From: Raja brachyura
Taxonomy: Eukaryota
Assembly (NCBI GenBank): GCA_963514005.1
Contig: OY740813.1
Location: 23,064,001-23,128,000, forward strand
Direction: 5' to 3'
Length of the DNA stretch: 64,000 nt
Part shown: positions 26,837 through 40,680 of the stretch, piece after piece
Layout: the number at the start of each line of letters is the position of its first letter
How positions within the stretch are numbered: position 1 is the first letter of the stretch
The notes under the pieces: generated by a model
The model's input: the letters and a program-made list of their open reading frames with translations, nothing else
The model's database searches: none
Told to the model about the DNA's origin: nothing
Translations under genes and position numbers: made by a program

Positions 26837-27565
26837 CAATCAATCAATCAGATTTATTCATCACATACACAATAAAGTGCAGTGAAATGAACTTGCCAGC
26901 AGCAGTACAATCAAAAAGAACACACAATACACTATAAAAAATTAACACAAACATCCACCACAGCATTCTTCACTGTGGTGGAGGGCACAAAGTACAGTCA
27001 GTCCTCCTCCATTGTTCCCCCTTGGTCGGGGCCATGAACCTCTGCAGTTGCCGCTGCGGACGGCCAGATGTACAGGCCTTCTTGTCTGGAAGGTAAGTCC
27101 CGAATCGGTGCTTCCCTACCGGAGACCGCGGCTTCAGGATGTTGTAGGCCACAGGCCGGCGATCGGAACTCTTCTCCAGGGAACCCCGTAGGCCAGCGGC
27201 TGGAAGCTCCGCAGACCAAGGCTTCAAGATGTTATAGACCGCAGGCCGGCGGTCGGAGCTCTTCTCCACCGGGGATCCCCAACAAGGGAACCCAGGTTCC
27301 GGACGCCTCACCCGCGGCTAGCAGCTCCGCAGACCGTGGCTTCAGGCTGTAACAGTCTGTGGGGCCAGCGATCGGAGCACCACCTTTTGGCAAACGCGGC
27401 ATGGGTTCACCCCGCTCCACGATGAAGAAAGTCAATGCTGCACCCGCTGCTGAAGCTCCGGGCCCGACTCGGGAAAAGGCCACACCAATCCATGGGGTTA
27501 GGCGGCAAGAGAGGCGAAATTGAAAATGTCTCCCCTCCATGGAGGCGACCGAAAGCAGCCCCCCC
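26837..27565 (-). mobile_element. GC-rich unclassified retroposon with internal repeats and a (TTGA)n tail
   Basis: Three related about 55-bp units at about 27124, 27214 and 27332; 3' region homologous to the 21517-21764 element. Confidence 0.65.
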
Positions 27566-27594
27566 CCCCCCTTTCCCCTCTCATCACCCCCCAC

Positions 27595-28940
27595 ACTCTG
27601 GGGTATGCTCATCTCGATGTCCTGGGTCCAGTACATTGATGCGACTGTACAGAAAATTCATCCACTTCCTGAGGAGTTTGATGGGATTCAGCATTTCACT
27701 CAATACTCTACTGAAGGTCTACAGGTGTATGGTGGAGAGCATACTGACTGGCTGCATCATGGCCTGGTTTTGTAACTCAAACACCTAAGAATGAAGGATT
27801 CTGCAAAAAAGCGTTAGACATTGCCTGGTCCATCATGGATTGTGACCTCCCCATCATTGAAGCGATCGACAGGACGTGATGCCTCTCAAAGGCAGCTAAT
27901 ATCAAAGACTCAGTCCATTCTGGCCAAGTTCTCATCTTAACATAGAAACATAGAAAATAGGTGCAGGAGGAGGCCATTCGGCCCTTCGAGCCAGCACCGC
28001 CATTCATTGTGATCATGGCTGATCGTCCGCTATCAATAACCCGTGCCTGCCTTCTCCCCATATCCCTTGATTCCACTAGTCCCTAGAGCTCTATCCAACT
28101 CTCTCTTAAATACATCCAGTGATTTGGCCTCCATTGCCCTCTGTGGCAGGGAATTCCATAAATTCACAACTCTCTGGGTAAAAAAACTTGTTCTCACCTC
28201 AGTCTTAAATGACCTCCCCTTTATTCTAAGACTGTGGCCCCTGGTTCTGGACTCACCCAACATTGGGAACATTTTTCCTGCATCTAGCTTGTCCAGTCCT
28301 TTTATAATTTTATATGTTTCTATAAGATCCCCCCTCATCCTTCTAAACTCCAGTGAATACAAGCCTAGTCTTTTCAATCTTTCCTCATATGACAGTCCCG
28401 CCATCCCAGGGATCAATCTCGTCAACCTACATTGCACTGCCTCAATCACAAGGATGTCCTTCCTCAAATTAGGAGACCAAAGCTGTACACAATACTCCAG
28501 ATGTAGTCTCACCAGAGCTCTATACAACTGCAGAAGAACCTCTTTACTCCTATACTGAAATCCTCTTGTTATGAAGGCCAACATTCCATTAGCGAAGGCC
28601 AACATTCCATTAGCTCAGATTGTAGCAACAGATCTTGTTGCTACCACCGAGAAGTCAAGCAGCTCCCGAGAACTATTACCTCCAGGTTTAAGAACAGTCT
28701 TTTCACTATCACCCACCAAGCTCTTGAACCACTTGCACAACCATAACCCAGAAATGAACTACTGTAGACTTTGGATAAAGTTGCACGATAGAGCCTGGCA
28801 TACACTATTATGATCTAATTTATGATATGATCATATTTATTTGTTGTGTTATTATACTAATGTAGCCTGCAAAGCCACAGCAAAGAAGAATGCCATTGTT
28901 CCGGTCCCGATGCATATGACATTGAAACACTCTTGGCTCG
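27595..28940 (+). mobile_element. Rex1/Babar-like LINE fragment, split by the CR1 insertion at 27940-28614
   Basis: Translation HFLRSL...VYRCMVESILTGCIMAWFCNS; continues after 28615 into a 3' tail (gcatatgacattgaaacactctt). Confidence 0.7.
27940..28614 (-). mobile_element. Relatively young CR1 LINE 3' fragment (RT C-terminus open for 190 aa)
   Basis: ORF 28033-28605 (LYRALVRLHLEYCVQLWSP...RRMRGDLIETYKI); 3' microsatellite tail catagaaa at 27940-27956. Confidence 0.92.
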
Positions 28941-29539
28941 ACAATGTACAAAGCTGGGTGATGAAATGCTGCTGTTTGAAACACAGGACTTTATTGGAAC
29001 ACTGTAACAAGCCAAAGACGCAGGTCGGAGTTGGAATGCACTGGAGAATTAAAGAGAGAGACAACTGGTCACCTTTGCGGCAGATCAACATTGTCCCGTT
29101 AAAATGATCACCCAATCCGCATTTGGTTTTACCAATGTAGAGGAGAGCACTGAAAGCAGCCCACTAAAGTAGAACAGGGACAAATGTGCTTTGATTCCTG
29201 GATGTTCAAGAGAGAAGTGATGTCTCATGAGGAGAAGGCATAGAATCCTGGAAGGTACAGTCCTTTTGGAAATCTCATTGAGGAGTGGAAGGGAAGACAA
29301 ATTCCCAAAATGCTTTGAATGCAAAGGCTGGTGAGGTGGAAGGTATGAAAGTTGTCATCAAAATTGGAGAAGAAAATTGGGAGAACAGAATGAAGTCCTT
29401 ATAGAAAGCTGGGTTGTATAATATATCAATTGCTAATATATGGAGACTGTCTGCTCTGGCCCATCATACACACCAGACCTCCCACCACTGCCTCCATATA
29501 CACTGTACGGTGCATTAGATAAAGCAGCCAACATAATCA

Positions 29540-29820
29540 AAGATAGACACAAAAAGCTGGAGAAACTCAGCGGGACAGGTAGCATCTCTGGAGAGAATGG
29601 GCGATGTTTCGGGTCGAGACCCTTCTTCAGACTGGTATGGGATAAGGGAAATGAGAGATATAGACAGTGATGTGGGGAGACAAAGAACAATGAATGAAAG
29701 ATATGCAAAACATTAATGATGATAAAGGAAACAGGCCATTGTTACCTGTTTGTTAGGAGAAACTGAGATGCTAGTGGGACTTAGGTGGGGGAGGGAAAGA
29801 GAGAGATACTATTAGAAGAC
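29540..29820 (-). mobile_element. Penelope pLTR fragment inserted next to a Rex-like fragment
   Basis: Reverse complement of the 60880-61115 type sequence, including a near-intact hammerhead at about 29600-29635. Confidence 0.75.
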
Positions 29821-30404
29821 ATTTTAACACTGTATTTAAGGAATGCAGCAATGGCAGAGGGGTTGTCTTTTGATGGGAACTATTGAATCCTTTGCTAGAT
29901 TCTGAGTGTTGTAGTAGATACATAGAATATAAAATACAGCACAGGAACAGACCCTTCCGCCCACAATGTCTGTGCCGAATGTGATCTTTATCCCTCCATT
30001 CTCTCCATGTCCACGCACCCATCTAAAAGGCACCAGATAGCATGAACAAGATGATGTATTGTCCTTGGGACTTACATTGAGCTTCAATGGGATAATATGT
30101 GGCCAAAAGCAGAGACAAGAGTGAAAAGAGTAAACTGAATTCCTATCAGCTAACTATATCAACTATATTGCAAAATGTCCCATGGTATCCTTTGAAATGG
30201 GACAATACTCCTTCATTGTTCAAATAATTCACTCACTGTGAAGATCTGGAACATCTCAAGGACAAAATAATACACAAACGCAACACCTTTACTGCTGAGA
30301 TTCGAGTTTCTACTTCATCTTATAAAGCATCCCATTCGTCAACAAACACACATCACCACTCTCTGAAATTCTGGTTATCTGATAAATGTTTCAATGTGTC
30401 ATGG

Positions 30405-31062
30405 AACATAGAACAGTGCAGCACAGGAACAGGCCCTTCAGCCCAAAATAGCCGTGCTGAACTTTAATCACTGCTGCTTGCATATGATTAATATCCATTC
30501 ATTTTTATATTCCTATCTAAAAGCCTCTTAAATGCCATTATCATGTCTGCCTCCATCACCACCCTGGCAGCAAAACTAGACACCCATCACACTGTAAAAA
30601 TACATGCCCACTCTTCTTCGTAAAACCTTCACCCTCTCACCTTAAAGTTATGCCCTCCAGTATTTGACATTTCTACTCTAGGGAAAAAGATCATTACTGT
30701 CCACTCTATACCTCTCATAATATTATATACTTCTTACTTATATCAGATCTTTCCTCAGCCTCCAATGGCTCACAGAAAACAATCCAAGTTTGTTCAACTG
30801 CTCCTTCGAACTAATACCCCTAAATCCAGGCAGCATTCTGGTAAACCTCTTCTGCACCTTCTTCAAAGCCTCCACATCCTTCCTGTAATAGGGTAACCGG
30901 AAATGCACATCATATTCCAAATATTGCTTGACCAAAGTTTTATAAAGCTGCAACCTGACTCTTATACTCAATGCCCCGACCGATGAATGCAAACATACCA
31001 TACGCATTCTTTACCGCTCTATCTATTTGCATTGCTACTTTCAGGGAGTAATGGACTTGGAC
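30405..31062 (-). mobile_element. CR1 3' fragment
   Basis: ORF 30738-31007 (LQLYKTLVKQYLEY...KVQKRFTRMLPG); tail gaacatagaaca. Confidence 0.85.
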
Positions 31063-32734
31063 TCAGATTGGAGGCAGTATTTAATTAGCCCATCTCTAAT
31101 TGTTATTGAGAAGGTAGTGGTGAGCTGCCTTCTTGAACTGCTGCACGTCTATGAGGTATGGGTTTTCCCCCACTTCCACTTCTAGGGAGAGTTCCAGGAT
31201 TTTGGCACAGCGATGGTAAAGGGACAGTGATACATTTCCGAATCAGAATGGCTTGGAGGCCAAACTCTAGGTGATGGTGTCCACACGTTTTTGCAGCCCT
31301 TGTCCTTGTAGATGGTATAGGTGGTGGGTTTGGAAGTGAGCTACTCTCTGCAGGGTTCCCAGCCTCTGATCTGCTCTTGTAGCCATGTTGTATGTATATA
31401 TGGTTACTCCAGGTTAGCTTCTGGTCAATGGCAATGACATTGATCTATTTTACCACAATTTCTTTCACCGACCTCCATCAATCGTAACAATTTTCACAAG
31501 TGAAATCATAAACCTCTGTCAGCTTAGGCTGGGTTGGCACAAATGCACTAGAAAGCATTATTTTCTAGGTTTACAAAGTAATTGTAAAATTAAAAAAATG
31601 CTAAACAAACTTGTTTTTACGCCAACTTGAAAAGCTCAATGCACATCGACGGAATGGGAATGTGATGCTCTGTGCTGTCATCTCCCCACTGCTGCCCCCA
31701 CCCCAAACAGACACTGTATAACAGCTTCTATATTGGGTATTAAAAGCAATTCAGCATCATTTTGAAAATGAGAAATGTTAACAATTTGTGCCACACAGCG
31801 CAAAGCATGGGGCTTTAAAACACATCATCCCATCTGCTATATAGTTACTAACTGGTTTAGAAACTTCTATTTCTGCTGAAAAATGCATTTGGTGCCTATT
31901 TTTCAATCCAATTAAAATAACTTTTTGGCATTTATTACTGTTTTAAGTAACTCTGCATACTACTTCTCATTTACTAGGCCTGTACAAGGAACAGTATTTC
32001 CCATTTAAAGTGATTTGTGAACACTGGTCGACCTCCACAATGGATTTGAATTGAAAAGAGGTAGCGATTAAAGGCTTTTGAATGAGATGTCCTGCTGACT
32101 TTATCAATTCTGGTGAATATGTAATGGTGTAATACAACCTGACAGTTATGGTGTAGGGAGGAAAAAAATACTGACTTTCTCATCAGCAACATTTAAGCAG
32201 TCTGATTATAGATCAAATACAAAGCCTAGAAGCAGTAAATGTACAACAAATAAATTGATCAGCGTGCTGAATAGTCATATTCAATCTGACAAGAGAACAC
32301 TGGGATAAAATATCACTAAATTCAGAACGATTAGAGTAAAGCAATTTTCTGGAACAAAATATATTGCTTAAAGGTGTCGGGAAGCAAAATCGTACATAAT
32401 AAGCAATGACTGCTTGTTGGAGATTTAAAGTGTACATCGAAATGGACTCATTTTCAGGGTTCTGGAAGAGTAAAAGCAGAGGGTTTTCAGCCGGGCTTAC
32501 CTGATCAAATACTTGCCCAATTCAACAAAGTGTGGAATCAAGCTCTTTATGAACCAGGGTACATGTTCCATGCTCACAATACCGTGCCATGTTGAGGGAA
32601 CAGATTCATTGCCATTTCTGGTTGGAAAGCCGAATACCCACATGTCCAAATAAGCAAAAAGCTCTTCAGATGAATTCAGTGGCAACTAAAGGGATTGGCG
32701 TGTTGCGACCAAAAAGTTCTGCAACATCGACAAA

Positions 32735-33180
32735 TGATTGGAAAGAGTGCAGAGAAGATTTACGAGGATGTTGCCAGGACTCAAGGACCTGGGCTATAGG
32801 GAGAGATTGGGAAGGCTAGGACTTTATTCCTTGACGCGCAGGAGGCAGAGAGGTGATCTTACAGAGGTGTATAACATTTGTGAGAGAAATAAATAGTTAA
32901 TGCAGAGTGTTTCTTTGCAGAAAAGGGGAAATCAAGATCCAGAAAGGATACTTTTAAGGTGAGAGGGGCAAGATTTAATTGGAGCCTGAGAGGTGACTTT
33001 TTCACTCAAAGAGTGGTGGGGTATATGCAGCAAGTTGACGGAGCACTTGGACCGCTACATGGAAGGGAAAGGTTTAGAGGTATATGGGTCAAATGCAAAT
33101 AGCTGAGATGACCATCTTGGTCGGCATGGACGAGTTGGGACAAGGGGCCTGTTTCTGTGCGACTCTCTATGAGTCTATGA
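32735..33180 (+). mobile_element. CR1 3' fragment
   Basis: ttggaaagagtgcagagaagatttacgaggatgttgccagg through the ctctatgagtctatga tail. Confidence 0.8.
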
Positions 33181-34817
33181 TTATACAGCAACATTATCTT
33201 TGTGAGATCTTGTGGTGTTCATGAGTGTAAAGTACCTCAAGGCATTCTAAAAATGCTAAGGAAACAGTACAGTGGAGACACAAGAAAATGTCACCCCTCT
33301 TTCCCATTCCATTCTTATTGCTCCCGCTGCATTTACATTTCATCCCTCTTTTTATTTAACAGTTTTGTCTCCTTTTCATCTCTAACCATTGTCACCATTT
33401 CCCAATCAACACCTTCACCTCCATCCATCTATCACTTGCCGCCCCAACCTCTTTCCCAGCTTTGTTCCCCCTGCTACAATCGGACTGCAGGAGGATCCTG
33501 ATCCACAACATCATTGTCCTTTCCCTCCACAGATGCTGCCTGATCTGCTGAGTTACTCCAGCACTCTGCGTTTTGCTACGGAAACAGAAGGTGAACTATG
33601 CGTAACACCCAGTATATGGGCTGCCTAGAAATGGAAAGAAACTGCACAAGGAAACTCAGATATTCATTTAAAAGAAACACAATTCCAAATTACAAGTGCA
33701 GTAACAGAGTTCAAACAATGAAAGTCTGTCCCCATGATCCTTGCCATGGCTAAATTGTGAGCTGTACGGCTTCCAAACCCACGCACAAGGCACCACAGCA
33801 TATGGTTAAATAAATACACCAGGTACACTGAAGTTTTTTTCATCTTTCTCCTTAACCTCCAGTCCATATGATTCATCCAAACCCAATCGATTTGGTACAA
33901 TCTGAAATACGTATATACATTTCTCTAGGAGTATTTAGGACGAATGCAAAACAGCTAAATGAAAACAGTCTCCGAGGCAACACTTCAGAATACCACCAAC
34001 AATTTGACACCTGCCATTACTATCATCATGGTGTTTCTATTTTTTTTATTGGCAATTATATCGACCATTTGGCCATTGAAGAATTGGCCGACTTTCATAG
34101 CGATCCCATTCCCTCACATATTTTCCAGTAACTTACAACCTTTCAGATACCCATCAACCTCACCCTGATTCTCCGACTGTCCCATTTATACTGGGGACAA
34201 TATACACCACCCAAATAAGCTACCAACACACACAAGTTTAGGCTAATAGGGGAAGCCAGGTCATGGGGGAAATTCCATGCAGCCACAGGGAGTATAAGCA
34301 ATGTACAGACAGACAGCTGCAGAGGTCAGGATTAAAACCAGGTCACTGGATCTGTGAGGCAATAGGCCTAACTGTCGATCCACTGTATTGCATATGGAGT
34401 CTTAACAATAAAGACTGGCGTTCTGAATACCTACATTTCTGAAATTCAGTTTTATTCTGATATTAAACGTGTTCATTCACTGCTTTAAGGTTCAAAGATT
34501 TGCTCATTACTATAACGAGCTAAGTTCTCAGTTTGATTTGACACAAGTCCACAATAGATAGTGGGATTACAACTACAATTTGATTGTGATTTATTGAGAT
34601 AAATACTAAAGAGCCTCACAAATGAGAATAGTATCCTTTTTAAACACATCTTGGATTATTTATGGGCATCTATTTTGAGGTAAGAATGAACAATTGTTAA
34701 CTTTCGGATGAGTTCCTGTCCTGGCTGTTCACCTCCACCCCCAAATAAGACTAGCTTGAATATAAATAATGTCAGATGAAGAAGGCAGAGACCTTGTATA
34801 CCAAATCATAAAACTAT

Positions 34818-35290
34818 GTGTCGCAATAGTGGAATCACTGCCGCAAGGACCTGTCCCATTTGCGCGTCATTCATGCGACATCATTTACGTGTCAAGACGC
34901 ACGACGGAATTTATGCGCGCATGGCGAGACGTGGTGGCGTGGGCAGTGACGCGCGGTGCCCCAGGATTTTGGGATTCTCAAAATTCTCGCGTGCCACCTG
35001 CGTAACGCACAAATGACGCCCAAGTCGGACAGGCCCTTTACAGCCCCAGGTTCGATCCCGACTACTGGTGCTGTCTGTGTAGAGTTTGTACATTATCCCT
35101 GTGACCACATGGGTTTTCCGGTTTCCTCCCACATTCCAAAGATATGCGGGTTTGTAGGTTAATTGGCCTCTGCAAATTGTCTCTAGTGTGTAGGATAGTA
35201 CTAGTGTACAGACAATTGCTGGACGGCGCGGTTTCGGTGGGCCCAATGGCCTGTTTCCATGCTGTATCTCTAAAATTAAAAAAACTAAAA
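34818..35290 (+). mobile_element. HE1-type SINE interrupted by the MITE at 34846-35037
   Basis: Head resumes at ttacagccccaggttcgatcc; ends gctgtatctctaaa. Confidence 0.8.
34846..35037. mobile_element. Harbinger-type MITE nested in the tRNA-derived head of an HE1-type SINE
   Basis: About 26-bp imperfect TIRs (AGGaCCTGTCCcAtTTGcGCGTCATT); TTA on the right, degenerate on the left; CpG-rich interior. Confidence 0.75.
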
Positions 35291-38200
35291 ACTAATCCGC
35301 TTTGCCAAGCAAGAGAACGCCTGAATTAATGTAGTCAGGGAGTGACTTGGTGGTAGCAAAGATTATACAATTTTGACCATTTAGTACCAAGTATATATAA
35401 TAATAACACCACCTTCTATTTAACAGGCGTTTTTAGAAAATAGGATGCACCTTGAGATTGGTATTGCTTCACAGCAAAGATATTGCAAAGCCTTTAAAGT
35501 CTAAAAATCCACAAACTAATCATTTATGGCGACATTATTTCAGCCTGTCACAGACATTCCCTTTGTTCCACCCACTGCCCACCCCCACCTTTTCTGCTAA
35601 CTACACCAACTAGTTGTTTTTCTTTTACATTCCTAAAATGCTAACTCTTTCCACTGATGCTGCCTGACCAGACGAGTTTTTCCAGCAATTTACGTCATTA
35701 TTTCAGATTTACAACCCAAGCATTTTTTCCCGTTTCCCCACGAATTTGATTTTTTATCAGTTTGAACCTAGCTTCGTCTGTTCCCATGGTGGTCCTTATT
35801 TTGCACACTTTGCATGGATTGTACATTAATTTTGCTTTACAACTGTCCACTGGCAATCCTAAACCCACAGGCACCTTCTCCACTTCACCTCTCTTTAAGC
35901 TTCCTGTTTTTTTTGGTTTGAGGGCAAATTCCTTTCAAACCTACAGCATTTGCAGCTTTTAAATTAGTCACCAGCCACGGCACAGCAATGTCATGCGGTA
36001 GCACACCCTCTAATGCCCCTGCCATTGCAGTTTCCAGTCGTCCATTCAGTGGCCCAGCCCCTTCCCCATCTCAGGGCAGAAAACACGAGGCACAAACCCG
36101 CTATCAACCACTCCACAAGCAACAAATGCATTGCTTTGGGTGCAACGGACGTGCTGTGGCCCAGGGGAACACAAAAAACAGTTCAATTCCATTCTTACTT
36201 TTTATATTAATACAATTGTACTGAGTTCTAGCCTGTGCCAACGGTTAAGTTGCAGTTATAGGATAGCACTCCTATATTCCTCCATTGTAAAACTACACTT
36301 TGATGGACACAAGGCTCATTTTGTAAAACATGGCAGCCCAGGAGATTTTCAGTGTGATTATAGACAAAGTGAAGATACATTGACTGTAAAGAGTAGTACA
36401 ATGTTTATATTAAAATGGAAAAGCTGACACCTGATCATTGACACAAATTCTGCTGCAAGGCTACATTCTGAAGTCTGACCTTTAAGAGCCACTGCTTTTT
36501 GAATATATAAGACATTTAACTTTTTAATATGTACAAGCTACCATCATAAGTAGACTTTACAAGATGACTTGAAGAAGAATTTCTACTTTTTCTATATACC
36601 TGCAAGTTCATGTATTAGATTTAAACACTAACAGAAGGTCCTGAGGTTATACGAGCCTTGCTGTTTGAGGCGCTGTCACCTTTTCAAGAACATTATAATT
36701 AGTTCCTTTAAACAGGATTTCTCATTTTTCCTAAATGCCTTTTGTGGCATTCTCCTAACCCTGCTGTTATGTTACACAGCAGTCCATTTTAAGTACCCAA
36801 GGCCCCATTTGCCACTTCAGCCTGTTCCTTATTCTGAAGCCTGCCACAGAACAGGATTTGTGCAGTGGCGAAAGTACAACATTTAGGACCTTCTCATTCA
36901 TCAGTGTCAGAATAGCGTGACAGAGTGCTTATTCACACTTACTCATTGTTATTCAATTTGCTGCTTGTTCTGTGTAAAAATTTGGTGCACTCCACAGCCC
37001 CATCAATTGTGATCATTTTTCACCCTGGTTCCTGGTTGAGAGGCCTAGTCTCTTGGTGGTAATGCTGGCTCCACAGGCCGACATTGCCAATGTACAAAAA
37101 GCTGATTTATGAATATGAAACAACTTCAGTGTCAGGGGAGCAAGTTTATTCACAAGAGATTGAGGAAGATCTCCTCTTGCCTTCCTATAGCTGAACTGCT
37201 GATCGCCTGCAATACTCTAATTTTATGCAAACGCTCCACACTTCATTACAAGTGTCTGCCAAGAGCATCCCTGGACAAGCAGAGCAATCAAACTATCTTG
37301 CACAGCTTGCTGAAAACCAAATTTGTCTTTTGTCAGCACAAATCGTTTAATTTGATGATTTCAGTCCTGAGCAAGCAAAGCATTTTTAATCTTTTGAATG
37401 GCTAGGGTCGCAGTTTGTAATGTAGCTATTTTTCCCCCCCCCACAGCAAACAAGAATGGAACAATATTTAATCCTACAGATAGAACAGGGAAAATAAAAA
37501 TGTATCTTCATAGAACCAGACGGATAAAAATGGAAGTAAATCCAACTTTCTTTAATATCGATTCCCATTAAAGAGAAACAAATTCTACCATGCTTTTCAA
37601 TATCCACTTACCAGAACTATGAGAATGGAGTGCTTTTCATTTAAGTAACATAAACACAATCATCCATACATAAAAGTAGTAGCTAACACCAAGGCTGACA
37701 GACCATCTTGAAGATTCTAATATCTATTTCTAAACGGCATTGAGGTTAAGAGTTTATAATTCATGATGGTTCATTTTTCTTCCAACTTTGAAGATAGCTA
37801 TTTATTCTTATACAGTTCTAGATTCCAACTTTATAGTGAGAAAACAAAATTGTTATTTTACATCATGAAATAGCCCATTTTTGCAGGTTTGCAGTTTTAA
37901 AATGGCACATGAAGATCACAACTCCCTCTACCACTTTGCAGAATTGTATACTGTCAATGAACAGCTTTTATGCAAGATTTTTATGCAGCATTAATAAAGC
38001 CAGACTTAAGGCAAGGGCTGCTGTGGTATAGTTTAAAACAGTTGTTTTATGCATGTTACTAGATACATTCTGGTCAGATGGTCAAGAAGGGAAATTTCAC
38101 ACTGAGAATTTTAATGTTAGACACTGCTGCAGAAATAAATAAAGTGAACATTAAGCCAAAGGAGTCATTATAAGTGGAGACAAAAGCTTGTTCAAAAAGG

Positions 38201-39251
38201 TGCAATATTTTTTAATAGTATTGATGCATCCACGGGGAGAGCATGGGGGGAAATAGATTACACAAAATAGCTTACCGATAGCTGAGGTTTATGGAAGTGA
38301 AACGTATGGAGGGAATTACATTTTTTTTTTAAAGTGATCTTGTTAAATTATTCTAGACTTACATTTAATCCTCCTGTAAAGTTAAAATGTTCCTTCCTAT
38401 ATCAGCCATTCAATACAAATAAATACCATGTAATTGCTAAAAGTATCGAACTAAAACCGAAAAGTTTAAACATGAGGGTGGAAGGTAGCTTGTTATATGC
38501 ATGGATTTATGTTTAAAATTCACTGTTAGCACCACAGAATACTAATTCTCTCCAATGCTAATTCATTCCAACCAACCTTTTCTCCAAAAATGATCACAAT
38601 GGTGAAAATTGGGCCTACATTCAATGACAAAATAAAATGTAAAACATATTTCCACTAGCCCCACATGACAAATTTTCATTGTTCGAACACTACCAATATC
38701 TCAAAAATAAAATGATAAATTCCTTGAAATTTGAGTGTAATTACCTTGACAAATATGCAATTGATATCCAGAAAATTTCAGGTTAAAAATTAAACTACTA
38801 ATTCTTTTACATCAATGTGCGATAAATCTATTGTCAATATTTTAGAATGAAATTGTTCGGAATTAGATAATTTTAAATTAAGTGAACTGGATATATTGCC
38901 AAAGTAGTACATCTGGAGGTTAATCTGTCCCAATTTCCCTGCAGTTGGCAGGGAAATTGGGGGGCGGGGGAAATCAAAAGGACGGACTGGATTCAGGTGT
39001 TTAGTTTTGAAAATGTTGTTTTCTCCAGCTTTTTCACAGACAATATCACCGTTAACATAAAAAATCCTAGGTAAAAATCGACAGTGGCTTAAGTGGAAAA
39101 TAGTTTGTGGGGTGTACTTGGTGAAGGTCTACTTTACATGCAAGAATGCTCTTCCCATATGATGCAGTTTGTTTTCCCAAACTATTTGCAAACAATTAAA
39201 AGACAATTGATGAAAAGATACTTGATGATTAGTACATGATTAGTTTCAATA

Positions 39252-39506
39252 TACAATAGGTGCAGGAGTAGGCCATTCAAGCCAGCACCACCATTCAATG
39301 TGATCATGGCTGATCATCCCCAATCAGTACCCCGTTCCTGCCTGCTCCCCATATCCCCTGACTCCGCTATTTTCAAGAGCCCTACCTGACTCTCTCTTGA
39401 AAGTATCAAGAGCCTCCACACACTCTGAGGCAGAGAATTCCACACTCGCAACTCGTGTGAAAAAGTGTTTCCTCATCTCTGTTCGAACTGGCTTACCCCT
39501 TATTCA
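39252..39506 (-). mobile_element. CR1 3' end, same subfamily as 27940-28614
   Basis: ataggtgcaggagtaggccattc...ccattcaatgtgatcatggctgatc. Confidence 0.8.
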
Positions 39507-39519
39507 AGTAACAGATTTT

Positions 39520-40135
39520 GCACCAACTCAAACTCCCCATCGCATATCAACCTGTCTGCCCTGAGCATCGACCATTGCAAGTGAGGCCACATCCTAAACT
39601 GGGTGAAAACTACCTTTCATTTTACTTGGGTAGCTTCCATCCCGGTGGCATGAATATTAATTTTTCCAATTTTTGGTAACCTCTAACAACTCCCCCTCCT
39701 CCTCTTTCTCCTTCACGTCCCCTTTTTCCTTCCACATCCTCACACCCTCTTTTCTCCTCCCCATTCCCCTTTTCTCCTCCACATTCCCCTCGTCTCCCCC
39801 ACATCCATACCTCCCCTGTGCCCAACCTGCATTCACACCCAATTCTTCATTTCCCCTCCACCTTCATTCCCTCCTCTAGCTTCACAATTTGAAAGTCAAG
39901 TCTTTCGTCTTACATATTTTCTTTCATCTCTGGCCTTTGTCCAAACATCTGCCAAATAACCCCCCCTTGCCTGTGTTTACCTATTACTTTGTCCTGCCCC
40001 CCTCTCTTGAAGGCTTCTTCACCCCCCCCCCCTCCCCACACACAATCGTTCTGAAAAAGTCAGATTTCTGAAAAAAAATCTGTCATCTGTCAATGTTCTC
40101 CAGATCCGAGGAGCTACTCTAGCACTTTGTGTCTT
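39520..40135 (+). mobile_element. Decayed Penelope-like 3' fragment
   Basis: Same order as 60592-61122: degenerate GIY-YIG end (ttgggtagcttccatcccggtggcatgaatatt), C-rich tract, degenerate pLTR. Confidence 0.7.
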
Positions 40136-40348
40136 TAAAAAAAGAAAACCTACTTTCCAGCAGCAGCCAACTTGTGGACTGAATTCATGGTAAGTAAACC
40201 AGAGCTAGAGAATGACAAGTCCTGCTCTGTCCACAGCTACCCAACTTCCCAGCAGGTCTAGGCAATGAATTGTGTTAGTTGCTTCTCACGATTCCTGAAA
40301 ATTACCTAACTAAAAGAGGGCAGCATTGTCCCATGTACTTAGTTTATA

Positions 40349-40378
40349 TGATAGATAGATAGATAGATAGATAGATAG
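40349..40378. repeat. (GATA)n microsatellite, probably a retroposon tail
   Basis: About 7 GATA units followed by tactttattaatcccctcagggaaattc. Confidence 0.9.
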
Positions 40379-40491
40379 GTAAATACTTTATTAATCCCCT
40401 CAGGGAAATTCAGCTGTTCTACAAATAACAACAATTCTAACAGTGCAGCACTACTTCAATGAAGGGACGTGTTAGTCTCAGCTTTTTAATT

Positions 40492-40680
40492 GTTTAATTT
40501 AGAGATACAGCATGGAAACATCCTTTTGGGCCACCGAGTCCACATTACCCATCGATCACCCGTATTTCTACAGGTTAAGGGGCAATTTCCAGAGGCCAAT
40601 TAACCTACAAACTGAGCGTCTTTGGAATGTCGGAGGAAACTGGAGCCCCAGGATGTGGGATTTGCATCGACAACATGCCC
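40492..40680 (-). mobile_element. HE1-type SINE, partial
   Basis: Tail and V-domain present. Confidence 0.7.

Noticed and set aside
27120-27380. Spaced repeats superficially like a CRISPR array
   Set aside because: Vertebrate DNA, diverged units inside a retroposon, irregular spacing and no cas genes.
28043-28558. 171-aa plus-strand ORF
   Set aside because: Antisense shadow of the CR1 RT frame.
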